A program made the position numbers and the translations under genes. A DNA stretch of 62,443 nucleotides, counting the filler, from Collodictyon triciliatum (taxonomy: Eukaryota): the NCBI GenBank assembly GCA_043381765.1. It is 4 parts of 4 records of this genome, joined end to end, with 100 filler letters (N's around TTAATTAATTAA, not from the genome) between each part and the next. Parts side by side here need not be neighbours in the genome. Positions count along the whole stretch, not along the records: positions 15,664 to 31,187 come from JBHJMP010001661.1; positions 31,288 to 46,820 come from JBHJMP010001662.1; positions 46,921 to 62,443 come from JBHJMP010001663.1; 1 more part is not named here. One strand, 5' to 3'. This document shows positions 15,798-46,971 of the stretch, piece after piece. The notes under the pieces are model-generated. The model was not told the DNA's origin. It ran no database searches and saw nothing but the letters and a program-made list of their open reading frames with translations. Within the stretch, counting starts at the first letter, position 1, and each line of letters begins with the position of its first letter.

Positions 15798-18700
15798 ATG
15801 AGTCGCTCGTCGCAGATTTCCAAGATTGCAGGAAACTTCCGAAGCGACATATCGCCCAATTCGAGTTTAAATCCAAACATGAGCCCAACCAAAGATTTTT
15901 TCAGTCCACTTGGCTGTTTTGTGCTCAGAGACCGCGGGGACCCACCGAAGTTTGCGAAACGCCACACAAGACCTCAGTTGGAAAGGAGCTTTTCTGCGGT
16001 TGATTCTTTTAATTATGGACTTCATCTATCCAGCGAGGCAGGTGCGTTTTTCTTCTAAATATAAAAGGGAAGTGACAATATGTTTGAGATGTCTCTTTCT
16101 ATTTTATACTATTTTTTATATCAAAAATGAAGACGATGGACTTTTTACCCTATCGGGTATATTTGGATTGAATCAAGAATTATTAACACATGACTTTCCA
16201 ATGCTAATTGAGATGCTCCATTAAGATTATTTTATTTTTATTATGATTACGATTATTGTCTGATCATTATGATATTCATTTCTATTGCCATTATTAGAAG
16301 AAAGTTTAATGAAAATCGCGGCATACATGCACTGATCCATTTATATATTCATTCCCTTGATTGATTCAAGGGAATGAGTTTTTGTACAACTGGGGATGGA
16401 TTTGTTAGATAATTCTTATAGTAAAAATTATATACGCAGACGATGAGTTTCTGAGAGAATTAGACGAGGCCTCTGGGACAGTCATTATGCTTTCAAAAGC
16501 CATCGCGATTTTCCAGAAAAAAATTAGAAGAAGATTTGATAGAGACCTTTTTACTTATTCAAGTCTTCTGGTCATTCTCCTTCTGATGTCCTCGTTCGTT
16601 ATTCCTACCTCCTTGAACTTTCAGCATGTATGTATTTTCCATCAAAATACACATGTATATCGCATTTTCTTTCGATTATCATCAATATTCAGGTTGGGGA
16701 TATTCTTCACACAATGTCCTCAACGTTTCCATATATATATTGAGAGCTTGGTAAATAAACTTATTTTGAAGAGAGCCATATTAACTTTCGTGATTTCGAT
16801 TGTGTAGAGTGATTTTGTTGATGGTGACTTCGGCTCAGGTGAATCCTTTTTCCTTTCATAGCTTATGCAATATTATCACACGTTCTCACTGAATGATACT
16901 TTTTTTAAAATAATATAAATTAACTCTTTATTTTTAATAAAATTATTTGAATAGCTGGAAATCCCAATTTCGTAGATTATGCTTCTGTCATATCTTCGGT
17001 GAGAGCACCCATATTCTTTTACTAGAAAACCTTACAATATTACAACAGAGTGCCCTCTTATTAGATGATATATGTATACCTTTTAATCAACCTGAGTTTC
17101 AAGAAATTATTCTTAATACTGATAATAATAACCATGGGTATACTGAATCTATATGGACATAACACAGAGCGACATTTATGCGGTAAAATTATACCAAAAA
17201 CCAAATAATTATCCTTTGGAATAAATTAAATTACATGAAAAAAATAATCGAATAATAAAAAAAATCAAACATTCATAATTTTCTTTGTTGAACTATCATC
17301 ACAGTAAGCAAAAGAAGATTTAAATACTATAAAACATAGTTCATCCAAGGAACAATTATACCTGCTGTTGGAATGGATGGAGTAATTGACTCAAGACAGG
17401 AAATAGTTGGCTCCGTATTGCTCCGTCAGATTCGCTCAAAGCCCATTACTTGCAAAGTAAAAGTTCCTCACCAACAATGTTATGGGTTCTATTTGTCTGA
17501 TAATGCAGATAAAAAATCATTTGGACCACCAAGCAACCCTTCGTATGTATTAGTTGAATAGTTTGAGTGCATTGCTCTTACAATAATTCAGATGCATGAA
17601 TTACTGTTTTACCTGGTGTGAATGGGAATAGCATTTTATCTTTTATATATTCTTTTAAATTGAAAATTTCTCGTCACTCTAGAAAATACACTTGGAGCGA
17701 TGGATACTCTGACTTGTATCCTACTGTGCTGTATTACTCTGATTTGAATTCACATCAAAATTATAAAACCTATGGAACAGGAGCATTTGGTATTCTGTTG
17801 CCAGCGAACTCCTCCTTGTTAGAAAACTTTGTCCAGGAACTTCAAGTATGGATAAATAAATGAATCGTTCATTTTCAATGATTTTCATATTGATAATGAT
17901 ACAAATATATATGTATTGATTCATCTTTATCGCGTTTCTCTACCACTGAATACTTTGATAAAATTTTCCCTTCAATATTCTTTTATCAAAGGAAGATGAA
18001 TGGATTTCTCCTGCAACAAATGTTGTGGCAATCAATCTTGGTATTTTAAATCCTGATATTGGGTACGCTGTTTCAGTCGAATATGTGAGTCGCAGTTTCA
18101 TTTAAATGCAAGCACATCGCTTTGAATCGAATAAAGGAAAAAAAATGCAAGCACATCGAATCATCCAGTAACAATGTTGCGATACATTTACCCTTTTTAT
18201 TCGATTCAAAAACTATATATTTAGGCTGATTCACTAAATTTTCACCAAAATATAAGCATGTCAACTCCTTAATAAATTATTCAAAACCAAATAATAAAAG
18301 GTTTTCGAGATACCTCCAACAAGCAGGGTTATATCAACTAGGAGAATATCCAGTTTTCCTCTCACGATGTAGGGCACCCGCTCATCTTCAATATTGAACA
18401 CTTTGTGATATAGACTCACAAACAAACGATGATATAATCATTTCAAGGACTTTTCAAACAATATTTTCGTTTGAATAATTTTTTTTATTAATATTAGTAC
18501 AGAGAGAGTATCGTTTTATGTACTGTACTCTTTCTTCATTATCCGGCTGGGTCTTGAAGTCATACACGAGTTATGGGAGGTTTGGAAATGGAAACACATA
18601 TATTCTATGTAAATACATTCATACATATTTCCTGGTGAGAGCATAAAGTTTATTCGATGTATTTTTTTCCAGCTTGATTTTAATTTCATCATTTTCTTAC

Positions 18701-21700
18701 CCACTGGAACTTAGCTCCGTTGTTTGGGGATATATGGATACTTTTCCATAGGATGGAACATTCTTGAACTGGGGTCCACTATCGTATGAACCACAGTTTA
18801 TTTCACTCTTTTTGAATCCAAAGAAAAATTAATAGGAAGAAATTTAACAGGCTATAAAGAAGTGTAAGAATGGAAATAAGAGAAAATAAGAAGGAATACT
18901 ATGAAGAGCATGAAAATATAGTTTACTCCATTGAAGCTTAAAATTTGTGTAGATATTTGTCTGTTTCGCTGCATACCTGGGTCACTTCTCAGACCTTGCA
19001 TCCTCATTGAAAGATGAAATACAAACGAGTTATGAAAGCAATAAAGCGCTGCAGTATATCGATTTCCAATCCACATCTTACATCTACTTTGTCATTCAGG
19101 TTTGAATGTAAATCGAGATTCGATATAAACATTAAATATATGGTGAATCGGATGGCACCAAATATATATCCCTTGAAGTGGTAACACACGACAAACATCA
19201 GAGTTTAGCTGGGGTTGGATGTTCCCTTGCCCTTGTCAAGATATTTAAATATCTGAGAGTTTACGGACGATTCAACACGCTCTGGAAAACATTGAATGCT
19301 GCCGCATCAAGTCTCTTATCGTTTATTGTTATTTTTGGTGTCGTTTTGGTGTCATTCGCTCTATTTGGGTAACTTTACAGGAACCTTGTTTGCAATTAAC
19401 ATCTAAAACAAATTTATTTCACCTTTATTCAATGTCATTTTTTTAATCGTTTACTATTTTAATATTTCGGCTCATGCTATCGGTGTCGTAGGTATTATTG
19501 TTTTGGGCACACCATGCAAGAACATCATAACATCCAAATGTCGATGATAACTACAATTCAAATGCTCACGGGAAACTATGACCATACGCGATACTTGGAA
19601 GCGCATCCAGTTGTCTCATATATCTTTCTCCTGACTTACCTGTCCTTTGTATTTTTGATTCTGAGTGAGCGATTTTATATTAAATTCAAGTAGTTTATCC
19701 TGAAAAGTTAAGCATATGATGCTAGGATATTTGAATTGCTTTTAACCCTTTTTCATTCACCAACCATTCTCCTAAATTTCGACTATATAGCAAATATGTT
19801 CATCGCCATCATAACACAATTCCATGAAGTCGTCACCGGTGAGACTCGAAAAGTCGCACAAGAAAACATCGATAGCATACACTCATTTAAAGAAGGGCGT
19901 AAAAGGCGTGGCTTAATCAGAGATGATGTAGCATATGATTTTTTTAAGGTTTGGAATAGTGATTCCATTAAATCTGATACGGAGAAAACAAGAACGTTAA
20001 TATGTTTTTTTTTAATCGGACGAAAAACAATTCTTATGATACTCAATCGCAGCGATACAGTGAAGTTAAGCCCAGAATTATACAAAGAAAAAGCACAGAG
20101 CCAACTGCCATATATCAAGTTTGCTTAAATTAAGAACAATATTACCTTTTCATTCCTTGAAGCTCTGACATAGTATTTTTTTTTTTAAAAGAAACCCCCT
20201 TTTCTTCCTAACCAATCAGGGAAACTACGTGTTTCTTCCTTTCGCAGACATTACAGAAAAGGGACCTAAAGACAAAGTTCATGTGCGTGTCACACCAAAT
20301 TCTCATGTTTTATCTTACGAATCACTTTATCTTATATAAATCTATCTATTTAGCGCATAAAAATGGAATCATCTGTAATGAACCATCACACGATACATGA
20401 GTTCATCGAGGATGAAGACATCCTTCATTTTAAGTCTACAGACGAATCATATAACACTTGTTTATCTCTCAAAAGAGTCAGGGATATGAGCTCGCGAGTG
20501 CTTCCACAAGTAACACATTAAACTTGAATCCAAGCTCCTTAAAATACTGTTGGATCTTAAATTTTCTGTTAGCCAAATCTTTTAGAAAGATAAAACCTGA
20601 CTTTTCTATTATTTCTTTCAATTTGTAGAAAGATATTACCTGATACATATCTTGATATAGGAATTGAAAGAAGAGGTAAAAGGTCTCTTGAAAAATAAAC
20701 AAGGGAAGTTCTTTGTATCTCTTGGGGATTTTTACCTGAAGTGCGATGCAGTGTTTGTGCTCCCTGTATGGCTAGAAATAAAACTGTCATTGCGTGTAAT
20801 AAAAAAAGTTGGATGGACTTTTCTCAAGAGCCACTTTAAAGGTGAGCTTCCTTTTTGATGATGTTTATTTTTGAATATTTGTATGTAAATGAATTTGTAG
20901 GTATTCCCAAAAGAATATTTTTGTTTCATTTTAAGTTAAAATGAAATATTTTCCCAATTAATCCATCATCTCGATTTTAACTGCAAACCTGATCAAATAT
21001 GGGTCACAGTCTTGCTGGTCATATTCGACAAGATGAAAGGCAATAAACCACGAACAGAGACAATATTGAGTGATGACCAGGTATATGATAAGATAGTCGA
21101 TCAACTATAATTTTTCTGGGGTTTGAAAAAACTACGTCTTGATATACTAAATAATTATAATTTTAATACTGAAGCAATTTAATTAGATGTTGTGTGATTA
21201 ACTTTCAGATGTGCTTTCCAATAGGTCGTCAAAATATTGCAGCAGGCACAAATTGTGACGTTGAAAAGTGGAGAGAAATCAATCGTCCGAGAAAAACTTC
21301 GTTTTTTTGAGTTTACTCGGGACATTGTGTGCGTAAATTACGAATGCTGTGGTGTTTTAAAGCAACAATCATATCAGCGCTGATTTATTTGCACATATAT
21401 CGCAATAGGTACTTTCATTCCTTGGGGTTGTCCAAAATATCGGATCAGAATTTCAACTATCTTGTGGAAGCTCTGAGGATATTCAAAATATTGAAAGAGA
21501 ATGACGGGACGTCAGACGTCGAAAATCCACCTGTAACCACTTGACATTTGTATATTTTATTGTATCGTTTTTTCTCCCCTTATTACCTTAAAGGTGGTAT
21601 AATTTTTTTTTCTTTATTGATTTGTAATATAGCCAGACGCTAAAATTATTAAAAGGGCGACATATCAACATTTCTTTTCAATTTATGTTTGTAACAACAT

Positions 21701-23537
21701 ATTCTGTCAAATTAAAAGGACCGACATGTTTCATTTATGTAAACGCCCACACATTCACGCGATTCAATACAGGCGGCCGACCCTGAGCTCGATGAGCATT
21801 ACAAACCTACACCCATAGAGGCTGCGATATCCGATGTATCTGAATTTTCAGACCTCATCAACAGTCTCGCAGAGTATATTCATGACTGTTGGACTGTTAA
21901 TCGCTTAGAAAACAATATCATGTTTGTGAATTCCGTTCAAATTCCCAAAATTTACCAGGAAACAAAACAAAAACAAAAACAAAAACAAAAACGAAGCAAA
22001 AACAAAGCAAAAACAAAGCAAAAACAAAGCAAAAACAAAGCAAAAACAAAGCAAAAACAAAGCAAAAACAAAGCAAAAACAAAGCAAAGACAAAGCAAAG
22101 ACAATGCAAAACCAAAGCAAAAACATAAATACAAGGACAAAATTTATATCGTTAGATACGGAAAAGAGAGAACCGCAACACACCATCCCAATATGGCTCC
22201 ATTTGATGAACTCTCCGATGAGATCCAATCATATGACCGCATTATGACGTCCCAAGTTAGCCCACCGATATAAAAATTCATTCTATTAAGCGCCACATTT
22301 TCATCATGTAAAATATACGTTTTCTACAACTGGTCGGACATATGTTAAATACACTAAATTAATGGGCATTATCATTATTTTCATGTGCAGATTCTCAAAG
22401 TTTTGCTTGAACTTGGCTTTGAGATTGTGAAAGAGAATGAGAACCCTACACCGCCAAACCTAGTGTCCGTAGTTATTAAGGGCAAATATAAGGTTTGTAA
22501 TCTTATGGTCAAATTACTCATTTCACAAGATACTCACCTTTTAATTTATATTTACATATCCTTTTCTCTGTCATTCATTCTTTCAATTTTTGCATGACCA
22601 AAAGCTCTTGCAATTTGTCTTATGTCGGGGTTTCATTAAATTCTATACGCTGTTTACTGCTATGTATCCATTTCACATGCATTATATTATGTCACTTATG
22701 ACTGGTCCTACCTTGGGGCCGCGGATGTGATATGAACATGACCAAAACTACAGCCAATATTAAGAAAAGAAAATTCCTTTTTAATTTTTGATTATTTTTC
22801 TCTTAGGAAGAATTGAAATGTCCTCCGAATTACAACATCAGTATTCTCAAAGAAACTGTCACCATCCCGCCCCAAGTGTCTGGACTCATTCTCATTCTCG
22901 CAGAAAATGTCCACGACGCTTATTGTCTGGTTTGTCTATTTCTCTATCTGTATTTGTATCTGTATCTATATCTATATCTATATCTATATCTATATCTATA
23001 TCTGTCTCTCTTCCTGGGTTTGCAGATTGTATGATTGGTGGGACTATTCTCTTTGATTTATACATCCATCCCACACTCAAACCACTACACAATTTATGAT
23101 ATCCACACAGTTATTGTTGATATTATTATGAATATGATTAATTCTGTCATTCACCGAACGACTGAATCAATGACGAGGAGAAACGCAAACAACTCTCAAA
23201 ATACGATGCATTCATACACAATTTGATTATACAAACATACTTTATTATTATTATTATTATTATTACTACTACTACTTTGTCTGCATCTACACACGTATTT
23301 CTATCCACTCAAGCGGCCATCGTTCTCACCCACCAGAACCAAATGGCCAAAGGCTGGGTTTATGGACCGCAGTACAACGCGGTTGAGAAGCAATCGCCAA
23401 TGCTGCGCCCTTTTTACTCCTTGTCCGAGTCTGACCGTTCGTCAGACATAACCACAAGTCGGGCAGTGATTCGTTCTCTGATGTCGCGGGGATACATAAT
23501 CAGAAGAAAGCAGAGAAAGTGGTATCAACTGTGGTAA
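15798..23537 (+). CDS. Polycystin-2/TRPP-type cation channel with two C-terminal RyR repeat domains (many exons)
   Basis: TOP domain IVGSVLLRQIRSKPITC, YGTGAF, WISPATNVVAINLGILNPD, VFEIPPTSRV. S3 WNILELGS. S4-S5 LVKIFKYLRVYGRFNTLWKTL...SFALFG. Pore QMLTGNYD. S6 FLIL|TNMFIAII. In-phase exons then lead to RyR repeats LAEYIHDCWTVNRLENNIIYGKER...HPNMAPFDELSDE and LAENVHDAYCLNQMAKGWVYGPQY...PMLRPFYSLSES. Start codon uncertain (next to a gap). Confidence 0.85.
21960..22120. repeat. (AAAACAAAGCA)n 11-mer repeat in the intron within RyR repeat 1
   Basis: Tandem repeat. Confidence 0.9.
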
Positions 23538-24021
23538 GTAGGGTAATCATGATTAGTGATGATGCGCCTCGACCCTGCGACTGTGGCTGCAGGATAATGG
23601 GGTGCCCCACGGTTGAGAGAAGAAGAAAGAGAAGAATAAAAAGGGTGCTCGCGCTCCAATTAAGTTGATTGTGTAGATGTTTAGTCAACTTGATGAGTTT
23701 GGCTATGCAGGAAAGATTTATTTTATTTTTTACCCTTTTCTTTACTGAATTCAAGGGAAAGGATTTTCTTTATCGGTAATCATCATGTTATTAGATTCTT
23801 ATGGGTTACCCTTGAATCAAGCGAAATAACTTAAAACATATTCATTTACACGCGCGAATGCATGATTTATTTTACTAAAAGTGCTCATCGAACCAAAGGA
23901 TTTAAACGCTGAATTCTTTTTTTCTTTTCTGAATGTTGTGTTGTATTTTCACTTCCTTTGTTTTGGGGAAAATGACGATTTATTATATAACTCTGGTGGG
24001 TCAACTCAAAAAAGGCGCCGT

Positions 24022-25070
24022 TTAATTGTTGACACTAAACTTGAATCTGGAGAGAGATTGGGACGAGAGAAAGAGACAGAGAAAGATATATAGAGAGAGA
24101 GAACAAAACAAACATTAAAGCTAAATCGACATAATAAATCATATATTTGCAGAGATAGTCATCCTACTGCGTTCACCATGGTTTATTTATTACATATTAA
24201 AGTAACCTGCATTTCGTGCATTCATAAAAGACAGTCTGTCCTTCGTCTGCAGACCGAAGCTGTGCTGTGGAGAACCGCAATTGGTTGTGGTTGCATTTTG
24301 GACAGAGCTCTTTGACCTATTTGATAAACAAAACATAATAGAATTAATATCGAAATAAATTATGAACCGAACCGACTCACGAGAGAATATCGCAGAGGAT
24401 AGTTAGGAATGACCCAAGATAAAGTCGATATACGTTCGTTAATGGACTGATAGGACTAAGCTCGATCGGGCCAGTGCATAAACACCCGCAAGAGACAATA
24501 TATATAGACTTACAATTGCTCTTTGGTCGACGACCTCAACGACTCTGTCTTTTACTTGCCGCAAAGTCATTCGAGACACGACTGTTTTCACCTCAAATTC
24601 TAATGTAAGAGAGAGGAAAATGGTTGAGGAAAATGGTTGAGGAAAATAATAACAATAATAACAATAATAACAATAATAACAATAATAACAATAATAACAA
24701 TAATAACAATAATAATAGTAATAGTAATAATAGTAATAATAGTAGTAATAGTAGTAATAGTAGTAATAATAATAATAATAATAATAAAGTAATGTTGATG
24801 ATAGGAGCCCACCAATAGAAGCAAAAGAATTGTAATAACAACAAGGTGAAAACAAAAAGGCATGTCCACAGATAGTGCAACACTTTGTGTGTACTGAGAG
24901 TTCTTTGTGGAGGAAAGAGAAGGCAAGCACGAGAGAAACATACTTGCTGTTGGGCAAGTGAATCCGCAGCCGCCGCACTCGATCACAGAGCCGAAGGCGG
25001 GAAGAGACAACATATTGTTGCATTGCGAGCAAAACTGGATAGGCAGGGCTTTCGTGGCAAACAGGCTCAT
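24022..25070 (-). CDS. RPA12: RNA polymerase I subunit A12 (4 exons)
   Basis: N-terminal zinc ribbon FCSQCNNML...IECGGC and C-terminal TFIIS-like ribbon CPKCNH...QLRSADEGQTVFYECTKC|RFKFSVNN*. Confidence 0.93.
24645..24787. repeat. (AATAATAAC)n/(AGTAAT)n microsatellite in RPA12 intron 1
   Basis: Compound tandem repeat. Confidence 0.9.
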
Positions 25071-25748
25071 TCCTTTTGTTCCGTCCCTGCTGCAACGCGA
25101 CTCAGAGTCTTCTGCAGCGATTGTATTTCTTTTTCTTATCAGTTGTCCAAGAATGAAAAAAAAAAAACCAGAAGGAAAAGAAAAAAAAGGGGGGCCGCTT
25201 AACAGGCCGAAACAACAGGCGCTCGTCACGCAGGATATTTTGTTTTCTTTCGCGCTGCCCTTCTCATCAAAATAGCTTTCTTCGTCTGAGTACGTTCGCT
25301 GGAGAGCAATTAGAAAATTAGGCTGTGTTTGACCAACGGAGCAGGCGGGCTTTGTGGCCGACGAGACTGAGTGGAGGTTTGGGTGAGCACCTCGGCTTTA
25401 TTTTCGTGAGGCCTGTCGAAGATGAATCTGCTCAAGTGCCTTCTCGTGGCTACCTAAATATTTCAGTTCTTTTTTTTTTTTTTTTAGCATTACACTTAAT
25501 CAATTATTTCCCCTTTATTCGGTTCAAAGACTCTATCAGATTGCATTTCTTTATGTATTTTTCTTTCCCTTTTATTTGCTCTTATTTTTTCTGCATCACT
25601 CTGGTTTCACTTTCCTAATAACCTTCTTTTTTAAAAGAATTGTTTGTACTATTATTTTTTTTACTTCTTTTTCTTTTTCGTTTTGTGACGTATTTATCAG
25701 TCGAAAAGATACCTCACACGATCTTTTCCATAAAAATTATGCAAGGAC

Positions 25749-26916
25749 ATGTCGGATACTCAGTCAGTCGACCGGGCTTTTGCTCAAGAGCAGGACATCC
25801 ACACAAACTTTGTTGTCTCAGTCTATGGGCAAATCGAGTCAGCGAAAGTAGCAAAACTTATACCTCACCACTTATCCATTCCAACCGAAACCACCGCATC
25901 AAAGCACGCACCGCAGTCCTTCCAAACACTGCAGAATTGCAAGCCACAGCCTAATATCCACTTTCCTTTACGTCGCGTCTAGTACGATTCTGTGGACAAT
26001 CTATACTGCAAATACGCCTTCATACAAGGCCCAGACTGGGAGTTGACAAAGGTTTTTTTCTCACTATTATTTTCATTTTCTTTTCAGTTCTCTCTCCTTT
26101 TCATGAGCATTTTATTCATTTATTCATTTATTCATTCATTTTCTCAACAAAGGGCTTGGAGGACGGGATGACGCAAATGTCGCACAAGTCCACCGCCGCA
26201 AACAACCTGATTGTCTGGAACTTCCCGATCGAAGCGTCCTTCCGCTCGACAAACCCCTTTGGCTGGCCGCAGCTGATCATCAGCGTCTACGGGCTCGATG
26301 CCTTTGGCAGAGACGTTGTTCGGGGCTATGGCTGGACGCATCTTCCAGCAGCCTCTGGGAGGTTCTCAGCCAGCATTTTTTCTCTCTCTTTTCTTATTTT
26401 CGTTGAGCCATCATCACAATCATCATCATCATCATCATCATCATCACAGCCATCACAATCATCACCCCCAGATTCATCACGTACGTACCGCTCTTCAAGC
26501 CAATCTCCTCATCGTCCCTGCAGCGCTTCACATCGTGGCTCACAGGGATGAACCCAGAATACATCGATGCAAAGTTTGCGGCAAAAGGCGAGGGCCGCGA
26601 GAGTGAGTCAGCAACGCTCTCATCTGTGCTGTGCTTGTTACTCTGCTCTTTTTCTTTTTCTTATTTTATTTTTTTTTCCCGTGTTTTGTTTGTGTGCTCG
26701 TGTCTTCCATAACCCCCTGTAATGGTCAGACCATATCTCTTGCCTTGTGCTCTGCGATGTTCGATGTAGTAAAGAGATTGGATGCTCCAATTAGTCACAA
26801 GAACGACGTCCGAAGGAATAGTCAAGGTCGCGCTGAATGTGCTCATGAAGGACTTTGCTACGCATCGGTACACAGAGGCACATGGCGGGAATGTCAAGCC
26901 CACAGTGCTTGATTGA
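25749..26916 (+). CDS. B9D1: B9 domain-containing protein 1 (ciliary transition zone, MKS module)
   Basis: [38 protein letters not shown]...[40 protein letters not shown]...[14 protein letters not shown]...GEGRE|..RTTSEG...LD*. Confidence 0.93.
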
Positions 26917-27091
26917 CTGCGAGTTGGCTACTGTCTGTACATAAACACACACACTCATATACTAGAAAAAAAAATGTGCATCGATACCTTTGGTAGAGTC
27001 AGTTCAGTTCAGTTCAGTTCGTGGGTGCTGTTTGTGGGTCAGAGTGATTTATTCACTATGCAGACAGACAACATGCAGGGTGCTAGAGTAC

Positions 27092-27919
27092 TTAGATGTC
27101 GGCGATGGTGACCTCAATGTCCACTCCGGGCTCAATGCTGACGGCAGTCTGGTGGATTGAGTGTTACAGGAAGAGAAGGGAGGCCCCGGTCAAGGAATAC
27201 ATTTCCGTGAATAAAAAAGCTCATGGAGGTACCGTTGGAGGTAATACAGTTAACGCGTGGCAGGGTAATAGTTGTACAAAAGAATGGAGTCAAGTATGGT
27301 TGGTGATTAAACAGATAGAATGGGGAACGGAGTTGGAGGCACATCATTATCAATCGGTCATGTTAGGATACGATATCGCGGACAACATCTGGTGGGGAGT
27401 GAATGTCGATGACGCGCTTGTGGATGCGCATCTCGAAGCGGTCGTAGGTGTTGGTACCCTCACCGCAGGGAGACTTGCGGGTGGTGATGCGGAGGGTCTT
27501 GGTGGGGATGCGGACGGGGCCACGGGTCTTGAGCTTCTTGTTCTTGGCTCCCTGGATGAGCTCAGAGCAGACTACAGAGCAGACGTAATTAATCTTAATA
27601 TGCGAGAGGTATTGTTGGAACCTCCTTGGTCGCTCTGAAGTCAGATGGAGGCAAAAAATACGGGCGGGAAGTAAAACATAGGTAGGCAGGCTGTGTGCGT
27701 TCGAAGACTGTAAGGGTGGCGGGGAAAGGAAATGAGGGAGATAGGGAGAGAGAGAGAGAGGGAAAAGGAGAAGGAACGGAGAAGGAACGGAGAAGAAGTG
27801 TTGTCTGCAGGAAACCTACCCTTCTCAAGATTGGCAACGTTGCGGGAGGTCAGGGTGATGCGGATGCGGTGGAACTTGACTTCCTCCTGGGCGACTTTCT
27901 TGGGGGCAATGGTGGCCAT
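27092..27919 (-). CDS. RPS20: 40S ribosomal protein S20 (uS10); introns 27572-27819 and 27149-27371
   Basis: [19 protein letters not shown]...[40 protein letters not shown]...[14 protein letters not shown]. Confidence 0.97.
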
Positions 27920-27928
27920 CTATAATTG

Positions 27929-27987
27929 AGGGAGAAGTTTCAGACCGACCATGCTTAGTGCAAGTATTCCTTTTGCATATCTTTATA
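27929..27987 (-). promoter_or_regulatory. Candidate TATA box and 5'TOP-like pyrimidine tract of RPS20
   Basis: Minus strand TATAAA at 27982-27987 and CTTCTCCCTC at 27929-27938, just before the ATG. The TSS is not known. Confidence 0.3.
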
Positions 27988-28907
27988 TTTCTTTTTCTTT
28001 TTTTTTTCGCTTCTCTTTCGGTTGTCGCGCAACCAAAGGTGACGAGGAAGTTACGGCCTCATGTAGGGCAATGTGGCCTCTGCAAGGGAATCTGATTTTG
28101 TATAGATAGACTCACGTTGTTGAGGCTGTTGGAGAGTACTTGGACCTAGGTCAACCGGGTGGGGATCGACGGAACTGATTCGGGCGGAATCGGACGGGAG
28201 TTCGCAGGTGACGTACGTGAGGATTTGTGATTGCGAAAGAGAAATTATATCGGGGACATTAAACAGCGCAACAATTATACCAAAGGCCTTCGCATCGCCC
28301 GAGTTATTCGAAAAAAAAATAGAGGAAAAATCGCTATTGTGGAAGGCGAGATTCTGGCTTTCCGAGGGTGTGCATCGAGCTTGTCTTCTGCATTGTATTG
28401 TGGGTTGATGCTGGTGACCACAAGCAAAGGAAAGTTGTTGATGTCAATTATCTGTATTTGCATGTGTTTAATTGATTGAAGTAATCAATATTGGAAATTA
28501 TAAATAATTTAACAAAATTCCAGTAATTGAGAACTTCAGCATTAATTCGATCATTTAGAACGCCTAATATGATAATTTTATTACCTATTATAGGCTGAAA
28601 ATATGAATTCAGTGGTTACATGTGCCATGCGTTGGGAATGTGCGCTCTGCGTAGAATGAGCAGATAAAAAAAAAAACTGTCACAACTCCTTTGCCAAACC
28701 CATCATTATCACGCGACCAAACATCATCCAAGCAGCGAAAAGGCACGCACAAGTCCCACTCCCATGCCAATTCCCCAACTAGCAAAGTAGACACAAACCT
28801 GAATACAAATAAAAAGACCTTTCGCCGTTCCACCAACCCAACTCCACAATGCAGGCGCCAGGAAAGAGTCAGTCGAAAAAACTCGCAACAGAGCCAAGGC
28901 CACGGAG

Positions 28908-46561
<17,654 letters not shown>

Positions 46562-46589
46562 GTGAGTCAAATTATACAGATGGCATACG

Positions 46590-46920
46590 CTTTTTCTTCT
46601 TTCTTTTTCCTCTTTTTCCTCTTTTTCTTCTTTTTCTTCTTTTTCTTCTTTTTCTTCTTTTTCTTCTTTTTCTTCTTTTTCTTCTTTTTCTTCTTTTTCT
46701 TTTCTTCTTTTTCTTTTCTTTTTCTTCTTTTTCTTTTCTTCTTTTTCTTTTCTTCTTTTTCTTTTCTTCTTTTTCTTTTCTTCTTTTTCTTTTCTTCTTT
46801 TTCTTTTCTTCTTTTTCTTCNNNNNNNNNNNNNNNNNNNNNNNNNNNNNNNNNNNNNNNNNNNNTTAATTAATTAANNNNNNNNNNNNNNNNNNNNNNNN
46901 NNNNNNNNNNNNNNNNNNNN

Positions 46921-46970
<50 letters not shown>
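46590..46970. other. CT-rich repeat, artificial spacer (46821-46920) and poly-T
   Basis: Directly visible; the BEACH gene model breaks off here. Confidence 0.9.

Positions 46971-46971
<1 letters not shown>

Noticed and set aside
27096-27638. 180-aa plus-strand ORF, and similarly 50429-51175
   Set aside because: Antisense shadows of GC-rich exons of RPS20 and the AGGF1-like gene.
27572-27819. Intronic snoRNA in RPS20 (hairpin GCGA...GAGG/CCTC...TCGC)
   Set aside because: No convincing C/D pair or H and ACA boxes; would need an Infernal/snoscan search.
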